Source: a plasmid. Taken from it: a stretch of DNA of 64,000 nucleotides. Every line of letters begins with the position of its first letter. Positions within the stretch are counted from its first letter, which is position 1. Position numbers and translations under genes: made by a program. The stretch lies in sequence record NZ_CP028351.1, one strand, 5' to 3'. Under the pieces are notes generated by a model. It worked only from the letters and a program-made list of their open reading frames with translations. It was not told the origin of the DNA and made no database searches. Positions 54,554 through 64,000 of this stretch are shown here, one piece after another.

Positions 54554-55752
54554 AGGGTACTCCTGATATATTCGATGCGATCAAACACAGCCCTTGAGAA
54601 CTGCTCGGCTTCATATTTGGCTTTTCGCAGGGCGTCTGCACTGCCCGGATAGGAAGCTGGGTTGGCACTGATCACCGTGTCAAAGGATTCGCCACAACGC
54701 TCAAATCCATCAAGACGCGGTAAGCCGCAGTCCAGCATCGATTTGGTAAATACCTCACGGGCATAACTTTGTGACGTCAGGTGATCATGCTTGGAGGTCA
54801 TTTTAGACATAAAGCCAATATTAGCTTTGAGCCGCGGTTCGATACCTTCAGCCTCAATACGCTCCAGCATTTCTGGCAGGCGCGTCAGGTACTTCATGGT
54901 GGAGTGGAAATCGACCTGTGCCGGCGGCGTCGGTGTCAGCAGCACATCGCTGGCCGCGATCGCATTCAGCATAAAGGAATCAAGATGAGGGCCGGTATCA
55001 AGGAAGATAAAATCGTAGTCACCTGCCAGACGGTCGATCACATTACGGCGAAGGACTTCTGAGGGGGCAACGCCGGGCAGATGTTCAGCAACCAGTTCTT
55101 CCCAGTCGCTGGCAACGAAGCCATCGTCGATTGAGGCCGGGATAACGTCAACGCCGGGCATGACGGTAGGTTTAATAAACTGCTCGCGAAGCTGGTCTGC
55201 ATCCAGATCGTTGAGCATAGCCTGCGCTGCTGTTTCCAGTACAGAACCGACACTGTTGGTATGGCTCAGGAACATCGTGCTTGACGCCTGGGGATCCAGG
55301 TCAATAACCAGTATGCGCAGGTCATTGTGCAGCATTGAAGGATGGGCGCGCATACCGTGAGCCAGCGTCACGGTGCTGACGGTTTTAGAGACACCGCCTT
55401 TAAGGCTGACAACAAACACGACAAATGGGCCATCATGCCGATCGCGATATTTTGGTACTTTACGATGCTGATAAATGTCGACGACGTTCTGAAGGGTCAG
55501 GGCATATTGCGATGTACTGCCAGTTTGCTTTTTACCAAACTGGTATCCTGCTGCTTCCATATCACTAATTGCAGCGACGACAGCGTGCTTACTCAGCAGT
55601 GGCATATTAGCAACAGCATTGCGGGAGAAAGTCTGGTAAAAACCTGTCTGGTTAAATTCCTGACGCTGCTGCTCAATGTGGTCACTGAGTCCATGTAACA
55701 TGGAGTTGGCACGTGTTGCCATCTCCAGCACTCCACCATAATCGCGCTTCAT
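54550..55752 (-). CDS. parA: ParA/SopA-family type Ia partition ATPase
   Basis: Deviant Walker A KGGVSKT, Walker B and an N-terminal HTH extension. GAGGGG RBS. Confidence 0.9.
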   Translation of the reverse strand: MKRDYGGVLEMATRANSMLHGLSDHIEQQRQEFNQTGFYQTFSRNAVANMPLLSKHAVVAAISDMEAAGYQFGKKQTGSTSQYALTLQNVVDIYQHRKVPKYRDRHDGPFVVFVVSLKGGVSKTVSTVTLAHGMRAHPSMLHNDLRILVIDLDPQASSTMFLSHTNSVGSVLETAAQAMLNDLDADQLREQFIKPTVMPGVDVIPASIDDGFVASDWEELVAEHLPGVAPSEVLRRNVIDRLAGDYDFIFLDTGPHLDSFMLNAIAASDVLLTPTPPAQVDFHSTMKYLTRLPEMLERIEAEGIEPRLKANIGFMSKMTSKHDHLTSQSYAREVFTKSMLDCGLPRLDGFERCGESFDTVISANPASYPGSADALRKAKYEAEQFSRAVFDRIEYIRSTL

Positions 55753-56384
55753 AAGCCCCTCTGCGTTAATGTTTTTTGCATACTACACAAAAAGCGCATA
55801 CCTGCCAATTTTTTAGGGAAATGCCAAAAACCTGGATTTTTTGTCTCAGGTGGTGGAATGGTTTTCGGAAATTTATGGTCAGCTGTAAAAGAGGATCTCT
55901 TGAGCTCTGTGGCCGCAGTCCATTCAGTTTGAGTATATTGAACAGGCATCAGAGAGGAGTGTGATAATGGATGGCGGATGTTAGTGCCCGATATTCGTTT
56001 TAATTCTGTAATGGCAGAAATGTCCAGTCGGCAATCGTGGCCCTTGTTTCAGTTGCTGATCATGGTATTTTCATCATGAAAATTTTCTATATATCCATTT
56101 ATATCAATATCTTACGAGAATATTTGCTTGGTGAAAATCTGCAGCGAAAATGGGTTTTTATAAAGTATTCTTTTAACTATAAATAGTGGCTTAACGTTAG
56201 TGGAAAGTCTAAGTGGTCACCCTGGCAGTACTCTCTTTTTGATAATAAAACCTTGCTCCCTCAAAAGAACAGATATCAGCCTTATACATTACCAAACTAA
56301 CCTTTTCTGACTTTTAAGATCATCGCAATCGAAATCGAAGAATTTCTTTTCTGGCCCGGAGCCGATCTGTCAGCAATGTAAGCT

Positions 56385-56594
56385 TTGCTAAGAGCCAGGC
56401 GTAGACATGACTTCTTCGAGAAAGTCTATAAAGGCAAAGCTATAGGATGCGATGCTTTACTCACTTTCTTAATAAATCTGCAAAAGAGAGGAAATGTATC
56501 GAGCCAGGCTGAAACCCTATACATCAACTATCGGGCTGTGAACTTCTACACGAAAAATGGTTATATGCGTATTGGAGTTACAGCTCCTGTATAG
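56385..56594 (+). pseudogene. Possible C-terminal fragment of a GNAT-fold acyltransferase
   Basis: Ends ..LYINYRAVNFYTKNGYMRIG, a GNAT motif-B-like tail. The ORF has no complete N-terminal domain and sits in AT-rich DNA. Confidence 0.25.
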
Positions 56595-57508
56595 GCAGGA
56601 CAGAATCTGTCTGTTCCTCTAAGAAATGGTGCTGGTCGTAAGCTTGTCAGAAATTCATATCCTCTTATAACTTTCAATTACGATTTGTTTATAGTCTGTG
56701 TGGATGCTTCTCACAGAGTCCTGCAGCATTTGTCACTGCATCTGACAGAGATTCTATTCTTATCGCTGACTGACTTTGATCCCCATAAAGATGTTTTATT
56801 TATAGTGTTAGCTTTAGCGGTTTCATGAATACTGTGATGAAACATTGAGATCTGTGAATAGGGCAGGGGATTGAGAGTAACAGGCCAGATAGTAATAACC
56901 AGTAACATGCCGCATAAGCAGCAAAAGGAAATCCGCATAATTTAAACATCGTCTGTTAGGTAAGTGTACGGGTATGACAACCAACTTTCTTTTTCCCTCG
57001 TGATAAACGATCGTATGCAGTTACCTGATGATGAGACTATGCATAACAAATTTCTTTATGAGCTGGATTTATCAGGTTGGGGAAAAGTATCAATTGCTAC
57101 GCTACCTTATCGCTGTCTGAATTCATTCAGGAGCCAGTTGGACTTAATGAGTCCATCTTCAACCTCTTGAAACGTTATTTCTGAGATCATAAGCAGGGTG
57201 TTTTCACTATGAAAATATGTAAAAATTACTTTTTTATCAGATACATAAATCATTAAATTCATGGTGAAAATCTGTTCTTTACTCATGAACGTTTATTTGA
57301 AGAGCCTGGAGATATTCACTCTGGGCTTAAAACCTTAATCTCTTTATGGTTATTGGCACATACCCGATTAAATGCTTTGCCTTGTCAGCAACAGATTGCT
57401 CCACACCTAATAACTCGCTCAGAACCTGCTTATAGAATTCTTAATCTCGTATCTGCAGTTGAAAACCCGTTTGATCTCAGATTTGGTTATTGCTGAATCG
57501 TGTCTGTT

Positions 57509-57730
57509 TTATCCCCGTTATTCACAGGCCAGATCCAATTGGTCGATCCTCAATAGATCAAATTGAGATCCTTAACAGATCCCAACAGGCTTTGAAGCCA
57601 CGCAGCACAAGGTCTGAAAGGGTGTTGGTATCCACTGTAGCGAGAAGAACAACCACTGCAGAGAGCACAATAACCACTATAGCGAGTAAAGCAACCGCGC
57701 TGGCGAGTACTCAACAACCACTGTAGCGAG
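57509..57730. repeat. Origin-like module A: DnaA-box-like 9-mers (TTATCCCCG at 57509..57517, TTATTCACA at 57518..57526), 5 GATC sites within 50 bp (57532..57581), then five direct 21-bp iterons (57630..57730)
   Basis: Iteron copies ATCCACTGTAGCGAG, AACCACTGCAGAGAG, AACCACTATAGCGAG, AACCGCGCTGGCGAG and AACCACTGTAGCGAG at a 21-bp period. Confidence 0.7.
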
Positions 57731-57856
57731 TAGATAACACTTTTTCATGTGCATAACCCTCGATTGAGCACACCCGCTGCAGTTTTAGAGTCTTTGGCAA
57801 GGAAACAGGATAAAAACGGAGATTCTGATTAACCGGGGGCAGGCTTTTTTAACGGG

Positions 57857-58067
57857 TTATCCACCGAGCAGATCCAATAACAGATCCACATAAGATCCTT
57901 TTTAAGTTCCTTAAAGATCCCCGTGCCGCCTCAGCCCCTGGTATCACTGCGATAAAGAAGGTTAGCTAACCACTGTAGCGAGTAAAACAACCACTGTATC
58001 GAGATAAATAACCACTATGGCAAGTAGATTAACCGCTATAGTGAGTGCTAGTATCCACTGTATTGAG
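57857..58067. repeat. Origin-like module B directly upstream of repA: DnaA box TTATCCACC (57857..57865), four GATC sites (57871..57919), five direct 21-bp iterons (57968..58067)
   Basis: Iteron copies AACCACTGTAGCGAG, AACCACTGTATCGAG, AACCACTATGGCAAG, AACCGCTATAGTGAG and ATCCACTGTATTGAG at a 21-bp period, ending 40 bp before the repA ATG. Confidence 0.75.
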
Positions 58068-58107
58068 TAACAGCGGCTCTCGCCTGTTCACATTACGGAT
58101 CTTCCTA

Positions 58108-59181
58108 ATGCCAAGAAAAGAACCAGATATCCTGAACATAGCTGATGCGTTTAGCGAAACAGACAAGCGTACAGGCGAAGTTGTTACTCTAACGCCCAAC
58201 AGTAATAACACCGTGCAGCCAGTCGCGTTGATGCGTCTCGGCTTGTTTGTTCCAACGCTGAAATCCACAGCGCGCAGTCAGAAAAACCAGATGAATGCGA
58301 TGGATGTGACTCAGGATCTGAAACAGTTATCTCTGGTCAGATCGGAAGGGTATGACAACATCAAGATTCTGGGTGCCCGGCTGGATATGGATAATGATTT
58401 TAAGACCTGGGTTGGGATCATTCGCGCATTCGCCACGCATGAGTGTCTGGGAGACACGGTAACGCTCTCGTTCGTAGAATTTGCAAAACTCTGCGGCATA
58501 CCTTCTGCGCGCCTCTCATCGAAGCTCAGGAGCCGTCTGGACGCTTCGCTGACGCGGATTGCGTCTAATACCCTGACTTTTACCAGCAAGGGCGGAGAGA
58601 ACTACACAACGCATCTGGTGCAGTCCGCCAAATACAGCGTCAAAAAGGACACGGTGACCTTACAGGCCGATCCCAAAATCTTTGAGCTATATCAGTTCGA
58701 CAGAAAGGTTCTGCTGCAGCTTAAGGCTATTAACGAGCTGGCACGCAAAGAATCCGCTCAGGCGCTTTATACGTTCATTGAAAGCCTTCCGCCTAAACCT
58801 GCACCAATATCCATGGCACGCCTGCGTGCAAGGCTTAACCTTACGTCGCGCGTGATCACCCAGAATGCGACAGTCAGGAAAGCGATGGAGCAGTTAAAAG
58901 AGATTGGTTATCTCGATTATACCGAGACCCGCCGCGGCTCTTCCGTGTACTTCTGGGTCCATTATCGTCACCCCAAACTGCGCCCGGCCGAACTGCCGCT
59001 CAGCAAGGCAGACCTGATCGATGATGAGATGGACGAGTTTGACGATATGGACAACGATCTCACTATTATTGATGTCAATCTGCCTGAACCGGTGGGTGAA
59101 GATGAAAGCAGTGAACTTGTCATGGTATCGCGTGAGGAAAAAGAGTTACTGAATAAAATCAGGAAACAGAAAAAGCGTTAG
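58108..59181 (+). CDS. repA: Iteron-binding replication initiator, RepFIB/P1 RepA-like
   Basis: ..[95 protein letters not shown].. is nearly colinear with RepFIB RepA; acidic C-terminal tail. Confidence 0.9.
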   Translation: MPRKEPDILNIADAFSETDKRTGEVVTLTPNSNNTVQPVALMRLGLFVPTLKSTARSQKNQMNAMDVTQDLKQLSLVRSEGYDNIKILGARLDMDNDFKTWVGIIRAFATHECLGDTVTLSFVEFAKLCGIPSARLSSKLRSRLDASLTRIASNTLTFTSKGGENYTTHLVQSAKYSVKKDTVTLQADPKIFELYQFDRKVLLQLKAINELARKESAQALYTFIESLPPKPAPISMARLRARLNLTSRVITQNATVRKAMEQLKEIGYLDYTETRRGSSVYFWVHYRHPKLRPAELPLSKADLIDDEMDEFDDMDNDLTIIDVNLPEPVGEDESSELVMVSREEKELLNKIRKQKKR

Positions 59182-59229
59182 AGGCCTGTTCACCACACAG
59201 TTCATGGCTGACCCATCCTGCAGCCTGCT

Positions 59230-60449
59230 AACCACTATAGCGAGAGATGGGCTGTTTAAGGGTATCTGACAGCCCTAACCACTATAGCGAGTTAGATTAC
59301 TCGCTATAGTGGTTAGCCCCTTTCCAAAAGAGCATCAATATCCAGATGCGCCTGCCTGAAAACATCCTGCAATTTGCTGTGGTCTTCCATTCCGCCTCCC
59401 GGACCCAGAGGGTGCATTGGACTTCACAAGAGATCTACTTCCCGTAGTGGTTAGCCAGTACGTGGCTTCACTGTAAACGCTGCAATAAGGCGTTATCGTG
59501 TTTATCACTCTCTATAGTGGTTAGTCAGGTCTGGTTAACAGAATGCGGATTCTCCTCCCAATGCCATCTGACGTGTTCCGCAGGCGATATTCAGCTCTTC
59601 GGTTTTACTCGCTACAGTGGTTATCGCCATTCTGAAATGGCTATCTCATGCTGGTTTGCCTCATTCTGCCCAAAAGATTTACACGCTACAGTGGTTTTCT
59701 GGAGATTTATTGGCTGATGCGTTCAGATAATGATCAGGTGACAGACCCGGTTCTTACAACATTCTCGCTACAGTGGTTATTTTTTTGGATTGAGGGGCGA
59801 TATTACTCGCTATAGTGGTTAGCAGTATCATTTTACTCTGCCTGTTAATGACATTTAGCTAGTTAAAGTGAGTGCTTACTATCAATATTTATCTCTCATA
59901 GCATGATGAGAACAAAAAATTAGCATAGCAGGTAAGGTCAGCCAGGCACTCGCTACAGTGGTTGTGTTACAGGATGAGCAGAATGATTTCGTCAACAGAA
60001 CAAAGCTATTTTAGCGAATAACAGCGCAAAACAGGGCAGGGCTATCACTCCGTTCCTGCTACATGCACCTCCTCACACGACCTTTTCACTCGCTATAGTG
60101 GTTATGCCGCATGGAAGTCGTGCGTGGTGCACTGTTGAGCATAGATAATCTTAGGCTCCTCTTTCTGGATCACTTACTCGATACAGTGGTTATCATCTGA
60201 GAACAGAGGTGAGCAGGTACTCGCTACAGTGGTTATCTGAGCGTTTATCGACTGCCTGAGTGATTTATCGGCATAATCCGGATGAATATTGCGCAACATA
60301 CTGGCTACAGTGGTTGTCATAAACGCTTCGGGCGCACCTTTGCTCGCTATAGTGGATATTTGTCACATTCTATACCCAGATAGTGCAGTTCAGTCTCAGA
60401 TTTACTTCCTATAGTGGTTAACCTGTAAGCGTTACTCGCTATAGTGGTT
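59230..60449. repeat. Downstream iteron array (incA-like copy-control locus): about 17 copies of the 15-bp core AACCACTATAGCGAG
   Basis: Two copies are direct (59230, 59277). About 15 are inverted (CTCGCTA[T/C]AGTGGTT at 59300, 59507, 59608, 59682, 59764, 59806, 59949, 60089, 60177, 60220, 60301, 60343, 60405, 60435, plus a degenerate copy at 59437), irregularly spaced 40-140 bp apart. There is one perfect palindromic pair at 59277..59314. No ORF is credible in this interval. Confidence 0.8.
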
Positions 60450-60664
60450 ATCAGAAAATGTATGCCGGAAATGCGTCAGAAACTCATTCAAAAATGCAGT
60501 ATCGCGTCCAGGATTTACAAAAGAAGCTTAGAATGCGCAGATAAATAAAGGGGAGTAGGGAGGGCCTGTTAATCATGCCTTTTCCTGAGAGTCGGCACGG
60601 CCATAAATGAAAAAAGCGGCCGCTCGCTGGCGTACCGCTTTAAAATTATTAAGACCGCGTACGG

Positions 60665-61852
60665 TTACATCGCTTCGCGATATTCCGGCCAGGCGACCGA
60701 TTGGGCCTCATAGCGGCCCGCAGATGCGAACAGCGTACCCTGGAAATTGATCACACCTGCAGCTTCCAGCCACATCCACTCTTCAGCCTGTACGATCCCA
60801 GCCGCGATAACGGTGATCTCCAGCGCTGAGCAGCACTTGATGATTGCCTGCACCACCGCCTGCTTTGGCCCACTGCGATGAACGTCGCGGGTGATACCGG
60901 CATCGATACGGATACGGTCGGGCTGAATATGAGTCAGCAATGACAATCCCGCGGAGCCGTCTCCAAAATTGTCGATAGACAGGCTGATCCCGAACGCTTT
61001 TAACGCGCGTACGGCTTCAGAGAACGCATCCAGCTGTGAAATCACGCCGGTTTCACTCACACCAATAACCACCTGCTCCGGCACCAGACCCGCCTGCTGA
61101 ATGGCTGCCACAATGTGCTCAACAGCGTCGGGTATGACAACCAGCGTCATTGGCAGCAGACTCACGTAGAGCGTCATACCATCGGGACAAACCAGGCCAG
61201 CGTGGGCAAAGGTTTTCTTCACGGTTTCCAGATCGTCAACATAAAGCCGGTCGCCGGAAATTTCACCGGTCAGCGCCGGACGCAGGGTGACAGCTTCAAT
61301 GGCGGTCACCTGACGCGCCAGTGGATCGACCACCGGCCGGAAGCTCACCCCTTCTGTCTCCGGACGGGAATCCGGCACATTAGTGTGCTCTGAAATAAAC
61401 TCCCAGTAACCTGGCGGCAGAACCTCGTAGTAGTTTTCTTTCTCGCGTGACTCAACAAAAGTACGCAGGAATTGCAGTGCCCGATCATCATAGGTCAGGC
61501 GATATTTAGACGTACCTTTGTCCAGCACCGCCTGCAGCAGTGATGAGCGATCGTGTTCGCGCAGATCAAACAGCGACATGCCCGCATTACCAAAACGTCG
61601 GGAAGGCGCATAGTCGCGCATTAACTCCACCACATTATGATGCCGGCGATCGGCACAGATTCGCTGATAAACGGCCCGAATGCCCGCTTCCGGGCCTTCA
61701 AGTAACTGGAAGAAATGGGTGCCGTTGAATAACAGGATACCGGTTACACCGTGGGTAGTATTGATTTTGCTGGCGTTGTCGACCATTTCCGGTAGGGTTC
61801 TGACCGGAAAGTCATCTGAAATATGGCTGCGATAGATTATGGTGGTAAGCAT
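60665..61852 (-). CDS. bluF: BLUF-EAL blue-light sensor protein (BluF/YcgF-like, degenerate EAL)
   Basis: MLTTIIYRSHI..VTGILLFNGTHFFQLLEGPE.. (BLUF domain) and the C-terminal EAL-like domain are nearly colinear with E. coli YcgF/BluF. Start assigned to MLTT at 61852. Confidence 0.85.
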   Translation of the reverse strand: MLTTIIYRSHISDDFPVRTLPEMVDNASKINTTHGVTGILLFNGTHFFQLLEGPEAGIRAVYQRICADRRHHNVVELMRDYAPSRRFGNAGMSLFDLREHDRSSLLQAVLDKGTSKYRLTYDDRALQFLRTFVESREKENYYEVLPPGYWEFISEHTNVPDSRPETEGVSFRPVVDPLARQVTAIEAVTLRPALTGEISGDRLYVDDLETVKKTFAHAGLVCPDGMTLYVSLLPMTLVVIPDAVEHIVAAIQQAGLVPEQVVIGVSETGVISQLDAFSEAVRALKAFGISLSIDNFGDGSAGLSLLTHIQPDRIRIDAGITRDVHRSGPKQAVVQAIIKCCSALEITVIAAGIVQAEEWMWLEAAGVINFQGTLFASAGRYEAQSVAWPEYREAM

Positions 61853-62061
61853 GTGCAGCTCCGTTTTACGTGATTGTTGCGGACACGCTAACATTGATCA
61901 AAAAATGTTTCACCTTTACTTGGTTACTGTCGCACAGACTGCACCAGAGCAGGTGGCACTAAGCGAAGCGGCAAATTGGCAGATCTGAATTCAGTTACCT
62001 TAATGGTAATAATGCTGCTGGATCTCCGCAGAGAAGCTCATTTCAGTGCATCATAAATAAG

Positions 62062-62085
62062 ACCGCCATCAGGGCGGCCTTGTGG
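62062..62085 (-). terminator. Candidate terminator after the 62159..63943 PDE gene
   Basis: ACCGCC-atcag-GGCGG(CC) hairpin with a T-rich tail on the minus strand. Confidence 0.4.
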
Positions 62086-62158
62086 CTTTAGCGGAAAGTT
62101 AATCCGCAGCTCAGCAGTGACATAAGCGCAATGTTCAACACAGGTATAGCCTGCAGGT

Positions 62159-63943
62159 TTAATGACACTCACCACGCAATTTCCAGTGAAGCCAGTGATC
62201 CAGCGCCTCTTCGTTTAATGGCCTGGAATAGAAATAGCCCTGAGCCTGATCGCAGCCATATTCTGTCAGGGATGTCACGGCGTCAGGACACTCAACGCCT
62301 TCTGCCACCACCGTATAGTCCAGCTCTTTGAGCATGGCGATAATGCTGCGGGCAATAATGCGTGAAGCCGTATCTGAAGAGAGTTCACTGATCAGAGAGC
62401 GATCCAGCTTGATAACATCCAGCGGCATACGGCGCAGATAGCTGATATTGCTGTAGCCTGCGCCAAAATCATCGAGTGAAATCGTGAATCCCCGTTCTCT
62501 GAGCATCTCCAGTCCGCGAAGGGCGGTGGGGCTTTCCAGGATACGTTCTGTCTCCAGGCATTCGATGCCCAGCAGCGAAGTCGGAAGCTTAGACTTCAGC
62601 ATTTTGCTTTCCAGCGCGGATGCAAATCCCTCGCATGCAAAATCGCGTACGCTGACGTTGATGGTCAGTGGCAACTGAATACAGTTATTACGCAGTCGTC
62701 TGAGACGTTCAACGGCCTGATCGATAATCCAGGCGGTGAGCACCGAGAGCAGATCGGTCTGCTCAGCCAGCGGAATAAAGGCGGCAGGTGAAAGTTCCCC
62801 TCTGCTGGGATGTCGCCAGCGGATGAGCGCTTCCAGGCCCACCGGTTTGCCACTCTGCAGGCAAATCTTAGGCTGATAGACCATATAAAGCCCGATGTTA
62901 TCGCGCAAAGCGGTTTTCAGATCGGTCATCAGCAGGAAATCTTCTGAGCGCTGTGTTTCCGCCTCAATATCAAAACGCTGAGAGGGCAGTCCGCGCCCGA
63001 CAGCTTCATTCAGCGCGCTGACCGCGCGGCGTAACACTTCCGACGCTGACATGCTGCCGGCAACAAAGGCCGCCTCACCGGTATGAGGCGTCAGTGCAAC
63101 TGACAGCCCCTCATCCATGTCTGCACTGATACCTTCCAGGCGACCGGCGACCCAGGCTGCACTCAGTCTGCTATCAGCACGGGTCAGAATGGCAAACCGC
63201 CCTGTGGCCACGGTGTAGATCATCTCACCCACCGCCGGGCGCAGGCGCAGCGGCAGCAGGGTAGCCATATCCTTCAGCAGGCTTTCAACCGGATTCATTC
63301 CCATGGTGCGGGCCAGTTCATAAGCACGTGACATGTCGATGCAATCAATCAGCACCAGACGGCGTGGCGTGGTGTCACCCGCCACGGCCAGATATTGTAA
63401 ATCACGTATCAGGCGCTGACGGTTAGGCAATCCGGTCACCGGATCGCAAAAACCAGCGGAATGCCAGGCTTCAAGGAAGGACATGACCAGCGTGGAGAGC
63501 AGCGTTAATGTCGTCACCTGCTCAACGGCAAACGCATGCGGCTCGGTGTCGGTAACACAGAGCGTGCCCAGAATAATGCCGTCGCGGGTTTTAAGAGGCA
63601 CACCGGCATAAAAGCGAATAAAAGGTGAGCCGGTGATCAGCGGATGCGTCACGAAACGCGCATCGTGATAGGTATCCGGGACGATCACTGCGCTGTCGCT
63701 GTCTACCACATGACGGCAGAGTGAATCCCCACGCGTTGAACGTTGCAGATCAAAGTTATGTGACGCCCGTACGGTCTGGAACTCGTCATCCAGCACAGAG
63801 ATAAAGCTTCCCGGGATGCCCAGGGCCTGACTGGCTAACCGGACAAATTTTCGCAGAACGTCATCGCGACTTTCGTCAGGGTCACGCAGTGCCTGCAAAG
63901 CACGACTTCGGCGTTCATTGTCGCCGTTTAGATTCTTGAGCAT
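62159..63943 (-). CDS. GAF / degenerate-GGDEF / EAL c-di-GMP phosphodiesterase, paralog of 37233..39014
   Basis: Colinear with the 37233 protein along its whole length, roughly 70 % identical by eye, with the same GAF N-terminus, a GGDEF-less middle domain and an intact EAL (EALIRWRHP, DDFGAGYSNISYL). Confidence 0.85.
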   Translation of the reverse strand: MLKNLNGDNERRSRALQALRDPDESRDDVLRKFVRLASQALGIPGSFISVLDDEFQTVRASHNFDLQRSTRGDSLCRHVVDSDSAVIVPDTYHDARFVTHPLITGSPFIRFYAGVPLKTRDGIILGTLCVTDTEPHAFAVEQVTTLTLLSTLVMSFLEAWHSAGFCDPVTGLPNRQRLIRDLQYLAVAGDTTPRRLVLIDCIDMSRAYELARTMGMNPVESLLKDMATLLPLRLRPAVGEMIYTVATGRFAILTRADSRLSAAWVAGRLEGISADMDEGLSVALTPHTGEAAFVAGSMSASEVLRRAVSALNEAVGRGLPSQRFDIEAETQRSEDFLLMTDLKTALRDNIGLYMVYQPKICLQSGKPVGLEALIRWRHPSRGELSPAAFIPLAEQTDLLSVLTAWIIDQAVERLRRLRNNCIQLPLTINVSVRDFACEGFASALESKMLKSKLPTSLLGIECLETERILESPTALRGLEMLRERGFTISLDDFGAGYSNISYLRRMPLDVIKLDRSLISELSSDTASRIIARSIIAMLKELDYTVVAEGVECPDAVTSLTEYGCDQAQGYFYSRPLNEEALDHWLHWKLRGECH

Positions 63944-64000
63944 GTGTGTGTAACCTCCGCACCGGCTGATTACGGAGCGAAAAAAGAAAACTGTCCGGAG

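Noticed and set aside
59230-60449. Possible CRISPR array (many short repeats)
   Set aside because: The repeats are 15-21 bp, occur in both orientations at irregular 40-140 bp spacing, flank repA on both sides and match the iterons in front of repA. They are replication iterons, not CRISPR repeats, and there are no cas genes.

Overview
This window reads as part of a large iteron-type plasmid or megaplasmid from a Pantoea/Erwinia-like Enterobacterales. It has about 56 % GC, broken by AT-rich islands.

The right end carries a full plasmid maintenance core. There is a SopAB-like parA/parB pair at 53.6-55.8 kb. A RepFIB/P1-like repA sits at 58.1-59.2 kb. Upstream of repA are two tandem [DnaA box + GATC cluster + 5 x 21-bp iteron] modules. 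Downstream is a 1.2-kb array of about 17 further iteron copies, mostly inverted.

The rest of the window is accessory cargo:
- a sigma-54 unit (GAF/PAS enhancer-binding protein, -24/-12 promoter, oxidoreductase plus Hyi-like isomerase);
- a TetR repressor flanked by two related palindromes, next to an orphan KAS II (FabF paralog) and a ROK kinase;
- an Rpn nuclease;
- a MipA, two-component system, MFP-RND efflux module;
- the 2,3-butanediol operon budR/budABC;
- an orphan flagellin with its own sigma-28 promoter;
- a CitMHS transporter and an MBL-fold hydrolase;
- a head-to-head pair of type II TA loci whose toxins are both decayed (higB 5'-truncated, yoeB internally deleted) while the antitoxins are intact;
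- a class II UvrA paralog lacking the UvrB-binding domain;
- further solitary antitoxin-like HTH genes;
- a dense c-di-GMP/chemotaxis set (GAF-PAS-GGDEF-EAL, MCP, two paralogous GAF-GGDEF*-EAL phosphodiesterases, a Cache-GGDEF cyclase, a BluF-like BLUF-EAL);
- a GNAT/SRPBCC/Zn-ADH group followed by a secreted periplasmic chorismate mutase translationally coupled to a cytochrome P450;
- the sucrose regulon scrK-scrYAB-scrR with palindromic operators.

No rRNA, tRNA, CRISPR or IS element was recognised. All functional calls come from motif-level reading of the translations, with no database search.
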